This document shows positions 21,829 to 30,107 of a stretch of 64,000 nt of DNA, piece by piece. The notes under the pieces were generated by a model. It ran no database searches. It was given only the letters and a program-made list of their open reading frames with translations, and was not told where the DNA came from. Both the position numbers and the translations under genes were made by a program. How positions within the stretch are numbered: the first letter of the stretch is position 1; every line of letters begins with the position of its first letter. Source of the stretch: Candidatus Moanibacter sp. (GTDB lineage: Bacteria > Verrucomicrobiota > Verrucomicrobiia > Opitutales > UBA2987). The DNA is taken from contig CBDCEW010000096.1 in assembly GCA_965215885.1 (NCBI GenBank), positions 65,401 through 129,400 of the forward strand, in the 5' to 3' direction.

Positions 21829-21943
21829 AAGCCTGACCCCTGCTCCTATTCGTGGATCGCCGCGCCTCCCTTCGGTCGGCTCGCGATAACAGTGTGCTAC
21901 TATTCAATTGTCGGAGTCATAGCTATGGATTTTCCTAATTGAT

Positions 21944-22765
21944 CTATATCCCAAGAATCCGACGCGCGTCGGCGGGAGTGGCAACTTCATGTTGGAGCTG
22001 CTCAACGAGATTCGCGGCAACCTCAACCATCTCAGCGTTACTTTTTAGAAGGACCCCCTTCCGGAGATAGAAATTGTCTTCAAAGCCGACCCGAATATGT
22101 CCGCCCAGAATAATGCCCATTGTTATCATAGGCAACTGTGTGCGCCCCACGCCCATGACGGACCAGGGAATGCCGGGCGGCAACTTACTCTTCATAAAGA
22201 GGAGATTTTCCGGCGTCGCTTCGATGCCCCACTCCGGGCCCATACACAATTGTACAAATGGCGGGTCCTCAAATAACCCCTCGTCAATCAACTGGAGCGC
22301 CTGTCTCACATGTCCGACATCGAAGACTTCAATTTCCGGCTTAACCCCGTACTCGCGCATGCGCTGGGCGGCGACCCTTCCCCAATCCGGCGAGTTTTCA
22401 AAGATCCGATTCCCAAGGTTCAACGAACCGACATCAAGGGAGCAAAGATCAGGCTTTAACGTCACGGGCTGAAGGCGTTCCTCAATCACATTCTCACCCG
22501 ATAGATTCAACCCGCTCGTCGTGAGGTTGATGAGGATGTCGCTCTCTTCCCGAATCCGGTCAACGACTTCCCTGAAAAGTTCGATCCTAGAGCATGGTAT
22601 TCCCGTTTCGGGCTCGCGCACGTGGATGTGAGAAATCGCCGCACCAGCCTTAGAACATTCAATTGCCGCATCAGCAATTTCCTTCGGCGTATACGGCACC
22701 GCCGGATTCATTCTCTTCGTAGGCTGTGAACCCACCACAGCTACCGAGATGATGGTCTTTCCCAT
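21944..22765 (-). CDS. Beta-keto acid cleavage enzyme (BKACE/Kce, DUF849)
   Basis: [37 protein letters not shown]. Confidence 0.92.
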   Translation of the reverse strand: MGKTIISVAVVGSQPTKRMNPAVPYTPKEIADAAIECSKAGAAISHIHVREPETGIPCSRIELFREVVDRIREESDILINLTTSGLNLSGENVIEERLQPVTLKPDLCSLDVGSLNLGNRIFENSPDWGRVAAQRMREYGVKPEIEVFDVGHVRQALQLIDEGLFEDPPFVQLCMGPEWGIEATPENLLFMKSKLPPGIPWSVMGVGRTQLPMITMGIILGGHIRVGFEDNFYLRKGVLLKSNAEMVEVAANLVEQLQHEVATPADARRILGI

Positions 22766-22786
22766 TTCCGTCTTCCCCGTCCCTCC

Positions 22787-23923
22787 TCAAATTCCAAGGT
22801 CCCCGAGGTTGTAGTCTTTCAAAATGCCTTCCCTCGCGCCTTCATTCCACCGGTTGACGTCCTCCTGTCCGACCAGGGGCTGATAAATGTAGCGGGGTTC
22901 GAGAGGGAAGCGCTGCTGCCGGGCATCGATGCCCAAAGCAATCAAACGCGACCTCTGACGGATCCGCTCCTCGTCGTAGACAACCTCTTCTCTTCTAAAC
23001 TTCGTTCGAACGTTGAGCACAGAGGCGCGCCTGTGAAACCCGAAGTTGAACGTCACTCGCTTGTCCGGCGAGGTGTTGGCGAAAGAGCCGTGCAAAGTCT
23101 GGCGGTTAGTAATGACTACGTCCCCTGGCTCGCACACAATCGGGACAACCCCTGGCAGGCGGTCAGAGCCGTTGTTGGCCTCGATCATCGCTCTGATGTC
23201 GAGTTTGCCCTGTTTGTGTGATCCGGGGAGTACCCAAACCCCGTTCGCCGCCGTGCTTCCGAAAAGCTGAGCCATAAAATTGAACCCGTGAGTGCCTTGG
23301 TTCCAGTCCGGATTGTCCCATAGTGTGGTCCCGTCCTGGTGCCAGGCTACGGATGTTCCCAACCCCGAAAGCTTGACGATGATGGACTCGGCGAACGGGG
23401 TGAAATCCTGTCCGTTGATATGTTCGGCCATGGACAACAGCTGCGGGTGGCCGTAAAGCCGGAAGCAAGAGTCCATAATCTGCAGGGGACCATCGATCGA
23501 GGAAATCACAGAGTCCGGAGCGTCACTGGGCGGCTGCGGCTCCGCCATCCTGGCCTGGTGGCGGCCGCCGTGTTTTGACGTGCCCCCAACTGGGTCGCTC
23601 AACGGCTTGGCAAAATGGAAAGTCGGCAGCGCAAACTCAGCCCCAAGAGCTTTCCGGCCCTTCGCATCAACCTTCGCGTTCTTTGTGTGTGGCGCCCGCT
23701 CAAGCACGCTCTCAAATTCCTCTTTCAGGTCAATGAGCTCCTCGTCGCTCAGGACCCCTTCCAACACATAAAAGCCGTAAAGCCAGTAGGCATCCAGGAT
23801 CGCCTCGTCCAACGTACCGTCATCGTTGAATCTGATTGGACCGCGATTTCCAAGCTCGTAAGCCATCCGCTCGCCCTCTCGAAAGTAAAGGGCCACCGGA
23901 TCTTCAGTTTCATTTGAGATCAT
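22787..23923 (-). CDS. PhyH family dioxygenase
   Basis: YGFYVLE, WHQDG, VWVLPGSH, LHGS. Confidence 0.88.
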   Translation of the reverse strand: MISNETEDPVALYFREGERMAYELGNRGPIRFNDDGTLDEAILDAYWLYGFYVLEGVLSDEELIDLKEEFESVLERAPHTKNAKVDAKGRKALGAEFALPTFHFAKPLSDPVGGTSKHGGRHQARMAEPQPPSDAPDSVISSIDGPLQIMDSCFRLYGHPQLLSMAEHINGQDFTPFAESIIVKLSGLGTSVAWHQDGTTLWDNPDWNQGTHGFNFMAQLFGSTAANGVWVLPGSHKQGKLDIRAMIEANNGSDRLPGVVPIVCEPGDVVITNRQTLHGSFANTSPDKRVTFNFGFHRRASVLNVRTKFRREEVVYDEERIRQRSRLIALGIDARQQRFPLEPRYIYQPLVGQEDVNRWNEGAREGILKDYNLGDLGI

Positions 23924-23939
23924 AATCTCACCTTTTTCT

Positions 23940-24656
23940 CTACATTCTGCTGGGGTCATTCCCACCGTAGACCCGCTCGCCGCGCACCAGCACTCTCGTG
24001 CCATCATCCTTCCGGTTGAACTCGTCCACGCTATGATAACCCAGCGTCATACTCATACGCGTTCCTTCGGTCAGATTCTCCCCGGCCCCGTGCAGCATCA
24101 GTCCATCCATCGCGAGCAGACCACCGGCCGGCATCGGAAGTGGGAGCGACTGCTTCTCAACTATTTCTAAAAATTCCTCACGCTCACGAATTTCAGCAAC
24201 ATTCGAAAAAGCCGGCAAATGATGAGACCCCGGGACGATGCGGGTACACCCATTCTCCAGATGGGTTTCCTCAAGGTAGACCAGAACAGTGAGTATCGGA
24301 CGCGACCATTGCCGGCAGTCGCGATGAAGCTCAAGCGAAGCCTTTGAACCTCGATCGCGGAGATAGACATGGTTGTGTCGATAGACCATGAATTCGATAT
24401 TCGGTCCCAGGATCGATTCCGCGGGCTCGAGAATCTCATCGCAGACCACAGTCTCTCGGAAGACGCCACCCCGGCCCCAGACGTTGGAGATTCGTATAAC
24501 GCGGCCATCCTGACGGGAAACCGGTTCGACTTCGTCCCGAATTTCCTTCAAAGCCTCCTCCTTCAAAGCTTCTACCTGTTTTTCAGGCAACTGCTTCGGA
24601 AGTTTAACGAAGCCGTTGTGCCGGAAAAGCTCGATTTCCTGAGCTGTCAGTTTCAT
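23940..24656 (-). CDS. PhyH family dioxygenase
   Basis: FRHNGFV, LHRD, NGCTRIVPGSH, LHGAG. Confidence 0.88.
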   Translation of the reverse strand: MKLTAQEIELFRHNGFVKLPKQLPEKQVEALKEEALKEIRDEVEPVSRQDGRVIRISNVWGRGGVFRETVVCDEILEPAESILGPNIEFMVYRHNHVYLRDRGSKASLELHRDCRQWSRPILTVLVYLEETHLENGCTRIVPGSHHLPAFSNVAEIREREEFLEIVEKQSLPLPMPAGGLLAMDGLMLHGAGENLTEGTRMSMTLGYHSVDEFNRKDDGTRVLVRGERVYGGNDPSRM

Positions 24657-25070
24657 AGTGCCCTCCATTGTTCCCGCTCTTGATTTCGCAGGACGGTACT
24701 CGGTGTTGCATGTTCGCTGTTCTGTGCCGACCGCAATACTTTGAATGCTAGTTTTATGTACTCCAGAATGTCCAAGAAATCTAGACTCAACCGGTTAGCA
24801 TTGGCAATTCTTTCTCCAGCTGGATACTGAATTTGGAACACGCATCGATTTCGTAATATCCTCCCGGAATTTATACACGCTTCGGATTGTCAGAGTTCCA
24901 TCCCGTGGAACGCAGTGACTTGGTTTAGCAACCTGTCGGACTTGCATGTAATTAACGTGTCTTTGATTACTGGCTGCCCCGGTCTTGTGCCCATAATTAC
25001 GAAATTGGGTTGGAGAACCCAAAGTAAATGTTATTCAGGCACTTGCAAGATTCTATTGATTACATAGTAT

Positions 25071-26987
25071 GACCTTATCCGAAAAGCTACTGATTGGCCG
25101 CAAAGAGGCGCAAAAGGCGCAAGAAAAACTTGAGAAAAATCATTTTTTGGCTTGATAAAAAGTGTCGCAACATGCTAGTGTTTAACAACCTAAGATTAAG
25201 AAAGGAGTTAAACATGCCAACATGTGCGACAGAGGAGAACAAAAGCGATAAGACGCCCCTTAGCAACCTCATTCTGCCGGTTCCAGACACGGATTTCCGT
25301 GATTTTCTGGATGAAGTTGAAGAATTGGCCGGGTTCGCGGCGCAAATCATCGAGGCGATCGAGAAGGATCTGGACGCCCATGCGCGTGAGAAGAAGAAAC
25401 TTCGATTGGAAGATCGCAGGTTCTTTGAAGGGCGCACAGCGGAGCTGCCGGAGCTGGACATCGAGGAGGAGAATATTCTGGCTGCTGAATTGAATCTTGG
25501 GGCAGGCCGGCCGCGGATGCCGGCTTATGCGGTATACGTGTTCGTGATGCTTCGAGGGTTTCTGGGTTCGTTGACCACGAAACCGGCACGGCGGTTTGTG
25601 CGCGAGTCGATGAGCTTGTACGGATTTTTGCAGAGCGGGGGACTGAGAATGCCGGCGGTGACGACGATTCTGGAGAACGTGAACCTGGTCAGCCATACGA
25701 CCCGCGAGTTGATCTTTGATAAACAGATTGGGTTTATCCTCCAGGAGCAATGGGACGATTTCGGGAAGCTGACGATCGACAGCACCTCGGTGAAAGCAAA
25801 CAGCTGCTGGCCCACCGATGGGAAGATTCTGAGCGGTCTTTTGATGCGGGCCAATCGTTTGGGTCAGAAGTTGCATGTCTTCGGGCTGGAGGATTTTCGC
25901 AAGGGATGGGTTGGGCGTTGGCTGGAGGAAATGGACAAGCTGGAGTTTCAGATTTGTCTGGCCGCGGGCAAACCGAAGTCGAAGGGCAAGCTGAAGAAAC
26001 ACTACCGGCGGTTGCTCAAGCGGGGCCGCAAGGCGGCCGACTCACTAACGGGGGAACTGAGCCATCTTGAAGAGGGCCTGTCGATGGATTCACTGCCTCC
26101 CACTCGCCGGGAGCTTCTGGAGCGGGCATTGAGCCAGATCAGGGGCGATATTGCCGACGCCAAGCGGGTTGTTGAGTATGCTCATGATCGGGTGTTTCAC
26201 GAAAAGAAGCTACCGTCCACACAGAAGGTCCTGAGCCTCTCGGACGGATCGGCGGCCTACATCAAGAAGGGCAGCCGCAATCCAGTGATCGGGTACAAGC
26301 CACAACTGGTTCGCAGCGAAAACGGTTTTGTCACCAGCCTGATCGTACCGCAAGGCAACGCGGCAGACTCCATTGAGCTGGCGCCGGCCATCGGCGATTC
26401 GATCAAGCGCACCGGTGTCATTGCTGAACTGGTCAGCACCGATGACGGATATGCTTCGGCGAAGGGACGCAAGGAGGTGCTGAGCATGGGGGTAAAGCAG
26501 ATCAGTATCAGTGGGGCGAAGGGCAAGAAGTTGACCACCCCCGAGGACTGGGAGAGCGAGGCGTATCGCGAGGCACGCCGCGATCGCTCCGCAGTGGAGT
26601 CGCTGATGTTCACGATTAAAGATGGATTTGCCTTTGGCGAACTCGGCCGCCGCGGCATCGATGCGGTAGGCGATGAACTGCTCGAGAAGGTTCTGGCCTA
26701 CAACTTCTGCCGCATCATACTGATGAAGAAACGCCGAGGGGAGGAACTGGAACAGGCAGCCTGAATCTGACCGCTTTGAAGCTCAGAGAAAAAAGCACCA
26801 CGGGATGAGTATGCCTCCAGACAGCGGCAAATATACGTATTGTGCAGCAAGCCACGCCGATGGCCGCTCAATACCTGCTCATCGGCAGCGCCGGCAGCCT
26901 AAAACCCGAAACCTGCCAGCCATAGGCTGGTCCGCCCGTGGCGGAGAACCTTAAACCGCCCGCTCGAAAGGCTTTTCGAATGGGGTC
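25071..26987 (+). mobile_element. Nested IS (IS5-like/ISNCY DDE), 1917 bp
   Basis: TIRs GACCTTATCCGAAAAGC / GACCCCATTCGAAAAGC; 6 bp duplication TAGTAT at 25065-25070 and 26988-26993. Confidence 0.88.
25214..26764 (+). CDS. DDE transposase (IS5-like/ISNCY)
   Basis: AAGGAG RBS; IDSTSVKANSCWPTD, STDDGY, RSAVESLM...K, LAYNF. Confidence 0.88.
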   Translation: MPTCATEENKSDKTPLSNLILPVPDTDFRDFLDEVEELAGFAAQIIEAIEKDLDAHAREKKKLRLEDRRFFEGRTAELPELDIEEENILAAELNLGAGRPRMPAYAVYVFVMLRGFLGSLTTKPARRFVRESMSLYGFLQSGGLRMPAVTTILENVNLVSHTTRELIFDKQIGFILQEQWDDFGKLTIDSTSVKANSCWPTDGKILSGLLMRANRLGQKLHVFGLEDFRKGWVGRWLEEMDKLEFQICLAAGKPKSKGKLKKHYRRLLKRGRKAADSLTGELSHLEEGLSMDSLPPTRRELLERALSQIRGDIADAKRVVEYAHDRVFHEKKLPSTQKVLSLSDGSAAYIKKGSRNPVIGYKPQLVRSENGFVTSLIVPQGNAADSIELAPAIGDSIKRTGVIAELVSTDDGYASAKGRKEVLSMGVKQISISGAKGKKLTTPEDWESEAYREARRDRSAVESLMFTIKDGFAFGELGRRGIDAVGDELLEKVLAYNFCRIILMKKRRGEELEQAA

Positions 26988-27234
26988 TAGTATGCCAGAA
27001 TGGAGTTTCAACGATTGTTGTGTGTGGGTTCGTTAGAGGTAGAGAGCTTTTCCTGCAGGTTTGTTTTCAGTTAGAAACTTGTTGAGTATTAATCAGTTAC
27101 AAAAGCGCTTTGAACGGGGAGTTGATTTCTGGTGGCAATTGAGTAGAAGCGAAGGGAGCTGGAGAAAGTTGGTATTGGCATTGTATGTAAAATAAAGTTT
27201 GCAGTTTTGCCTCCTTTCCATACTGTGCCGGTGC

Positions 27235-27951
27235 ATGCAAGAAGAGCTTTCGCGTAAAGAGAGGGAGGTGGTCGAAGCGGTACGGCGGGATCGGGTAAGC
27301 ACGGTGTGGAGGCTGATGAAGGAGCAGAGGGTGTCGCGGCGAACGGTCTATCGGGCTTTGCAAAAATATGGCCATTACTCCAGTTACAATGCCAATTGTG
27401 GCTACCTGAGCTTGAAAGACATTCCGCGCTTTGACGGGGCCGGTTTGTGGCGTTTTCGCAAGGGGCGCTTTTCGCGCCACGGCACCTTGGAGGAGACCGT
27501 GGAGGCGGTGGTGGGAGCTTCGCTTTGCGGCTACACGGTGGCTGAGTTGGAGACCCTCCTTGGGGTACGGGTGCACAACCCCATAAGCGTGCTTTGTAGA
27601 AAGAAGCGGTTGAGTCGATACTATGAAGGGCGTCACTGCGTGTATGTCTCGGCCGGGGAACAGGGCGGGGCCGAACAGAAAAAGCGGCGGCAAGGGCGAA
27701 GAACAGCGGCACAAGTTCAGGCAGGGGACCCCGGGGGCGCTTTGCAGGCAGCTCCCGAAGGGCTCGAAACGATGGTCGTGATCGCTTTGCTGGTCGCCTG
27801 TATCGGCCATCCCGAGGCCGGGGTCAAGGAGCTTGTCGAGCTTATGCAAGAGCAGGGAGTAGAGCTGAGCGGGGAGCAAATTGAGCGGGTGATGGCGTTT
27901 TACTCGCTCAAAAAAAACCGGCCCGATCGCGGTAGCGGAGCTGTTACATGA
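27235..27951 (+). CDS. Transposase ORF A (DNA-binding part) of the outer IS
   Basis: Lies inside the TIRs; A8 run at 27910-27917 (SLKK) where the ORF B frame is already open. Confidence 0.7.
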   Translation: MQEELSRKEREVVEAVRRDRVSTVWRLMKEQRVSRRTVYRALQKYGHYSSYNANCGYLSLKDIPRFDGAGLWRFRKGRFSRHGTLEETVEAVVGASLCGYTVAELETLLGVRVHNPISVLCRKKRLSRYYEGRHCVYVSAGEQGGAEQKKRRQGRRTAAQVQAGDPGGALQAAPEGLETMVVIALLVACIGHPEAGVKELVELMQEQGVELSGEQIERVMAFYSLKKNRPDRGSGAVT

Positions 27952-29770
27952 TTTGCGGGCAGAGGCTGAACGGGCCCTGCAAACGGTGGGGGCTGTGCCT
28001 GCGCAAACGAGTTATCGCTTCGATGCCCGGGAGGACGAAGAGGGTCCTTCAGAGGTGCGCAAGACCCTGCGCCGCAAGGTGGTCAGTTTCTCCTATGGAT
28101 GCTTCCAGGCGGTGGAAGTTGTGCGCGAGCAGGGGCAAGGGAGCCACCGCAACAGCTACCGTTCTGCTCGCCTGGAACAGATCGTGCCCTCGCATAGTCG
28201 CTACGCTTACGATCTGATTGCCTATGTGGGCAAGCGATGTTTGTGCGAAAGCGCCACCCTCAAAGAGGTGCACAGGGAACTGCGCGAGGGCCCGGGGCAG
28301 CTGCAGATTGCTCAAAGCAGCCTCTATGAGATGCAGCAGAAGTTTCTTTTTTATCTGGGTCGGCTGCACGCCGCGGCCGCTCCGGTGCTTAAAGATTACC
28401 TGAGCGCTCGCCCTTGCCTGCGCTGGCTGGTGGATGGGACCGTGGAACCGCAGACGCCGGTTTTCTTCGCTGTTCAGGAAGCCGACGAAGGGATCCTTTT
28501 GGGCAGCTGGAAAATGCCTTCCGAACAGAGCGAAACGATCAGTGGCTGTTTTGCCCGGGCGGCCCGGGCTTTTGGCCAACCCCACCATGTCTATCATGAT
28601 TTAAGCGCTCAGATCAGCAAGGCCTGCGAGAGCGAAACCTTCCAGGCCCCCCATGGCGTCTGCCATTATCATTTCGCCCGCAATGTGGGCGAACAGCTTT
28701 ATCGAAAACCCCAGCAGATGCTCAACGGGCGCTTGCGGCAATTGAAGCTCATGGAGCGCATGCGCGAGCAACGCAAACACATCACCGCAAAGCTCCGTGA
28801 CGCCCTCCGTGAAAAACACGCCCTCGTCCTGGCCGATTTGCTCACCGCCAAAGCGCTCGCAGTGCCCTTCGATCCCACCCTTGCACGGGAACTGCTCATG
28901 GCCCTGCAATTGTGGATTTTGGATTATCCCTGCGACGGTCACCGCCAGGGCTTTCCCTTCGATCCTTACCTGCTTTATTGGCATCGGCGGGTCGTGCGCG
29001 CCCATGCCGCCCTGGAGCAGTGGCTTGCCCGCGCTCCTGCCAGTTGCTCTGTTCTGCGAAGCTTCTTTCATCTTTCGACCGGGTTGAAGCAGTATCTGGC
29101 TGATGCCCTCGTCATCGAAGCCGCTACTATCTATGAAAACGCTTTTTGCATTTTCAGCGCTTTGCGCGATGCCCTTTGGCTCAGCGCCAGCGGCCCCTGC
29201 CCTTTAAGCGACCCTTATCTGTTGCAAGCAGGACAAGCCGCTGAGCTCACCGAGGCTCTCCAGTTGCTGCGTGCCCAATATCGCCAAAAAGGCGCCTCCC
29301 TGACCAACCCCTCGAAAGCCAAACTCTACCGCACCGTGGTCACTCATCTGGACAAATACTGGCAGCGGCTGCTTCCCCCACCGGCCCATCCAGACAGCGT
29401 ACGCACGACCAATGAGCTGGAAGGCACCTGGCGCACCTCCAAGCGCAAACGCCGTCAAACCCACGGGCGCAAAAATCTGACGCGCGACTTTGAAGCGCTC
29501 CCCGAAGAATACATGCTCCTGCCCAACTTACACAATCCCCGCTATGTGGAGCTGGTTTTAGGCAGTATCGATAATCTGCCCCAAAAGCTTGCCCAGGCTG
29601 CACAGAAAGCACCCCCCTTCAGTCACTGGCGGGCGAACAGAAAAACCCTCGCCGTGGGTCGATTGCCCAAAAAGCTCCTGCGAAAAGAAAACTTCCTTGA
29701 GGAACTCTTCGAAGTCTGTAATCGCCAGGATCAATCCTTAAACCCGCAACCCCATCGGATTGCCTCCTGA
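27917..29770 (+). CDS. Transposase ORF B (catalytic, MULE/IS256-like)
   Basis: LVDGT, YHDLS, CHYH (CxxH), RTTNELEG. Confidence 0.78.
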   Translation, partial: TGPIAVAELLHDLRAEAERALQTVGAVPAQTSYRFDAREDEEGPSEVRKTLRRKVVSFSYGCFQAVEVVREQGQGSHRNSYRSARLEQIVPSHSRYAYDLIAYVGKRCLCESATLKEVHRELREGPGQLQIAQSSLYEMQQKFLFYLGRLHAAAAPVLKDYLSARPCLRWLVDGTVEPQTPVFFAVQEADEGILLGSWKMPSEQSETISGCFARAARAFGQPHHVYHDLSAQISKACESETFQAPHGVCHYHFARNVGEQLYRKPQQMLNGRLRQLKLMERMREQRKHITAKLRDALREKHALVLADLLTAKALAVPFDPTLARELLMALQLWILDYPCDGHRQGFPFDPYLLYWHRRVVRAHAALEQWLARAPASCSVLRSFFHLSTGLKQYLADALVIEAATIYENAFCIFSALRDALWLSASGPCPLSDPYLLQAGQAAELTEALQLLRAQYRQKGASLTNPSKAKLYRTVVTHLDKYWQRLLPPPAHPDSVRTTNELEGTWRTSKRKRRQTHGRKNLTRDFEALPEEYMLLPNLHNPRYVELVLGSIDNLPQKLAQAAQKAPPFSHWRANRKTLAVGRLPKKLLRKENFLEELFEVCNRQDQSLNPQPHRIAS

Positions 29771-30107
29771 CAACGACTCCAGTGCCCTCCCTCTGCTCCC
29801 CATTTTCTTCATGCTCTAACCAGAGAACTCCACGCAATTTGCGTGCCAACCGAAATTCAGAACGATGGGCACAAGACCGGGGCAGCCAGCAATAGAAGGG
29901 AAAGAGGCTAAACAGGTACCTGCCGTACGGCAGACCTTTCTACCCTCGTGGTAATTCGACGCGGATTGGAATTTCGAACCGTATGAGGAAGATTGTTTGC
30001 CCGCTAAACACGCGAAAGGGAATGTAAAGAACCACGAAAGCAGGTTGATTCAGGGCGTAGGCATCCACATTGAATTTTAGTTTCGGCTTGCCGGGATGTT
30101 TTGCGGG

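Larger units (their letters stand above)
24970..29889 (+). mobile_element. Outer IS (IS256/Mutator-like DDE transposase, two ORFs) containing a nested IS
   Basis: Perfect 25 bp inverted repeat CTGGCTGCCCCGGTCTTGTGCCCAT at 24970-24994 and 29865-29889, extending imperfectly inward; no target duplication seen. Confidence 0.8.

Noticed and set aside
24690..24965. Possible gene remnant beside the outer IS
   Set aside because: Short AT-richer minus-strand frames with no recognisable family; cannot be supported without a database search.
29834..29848. Sigma-54 promoter TGGCACGCAAATTGC on the minus strand
   Set aside because: It matches the consensus but lies in the IS subterminal repeat, points antisense into the transposase, and has no supporting context.
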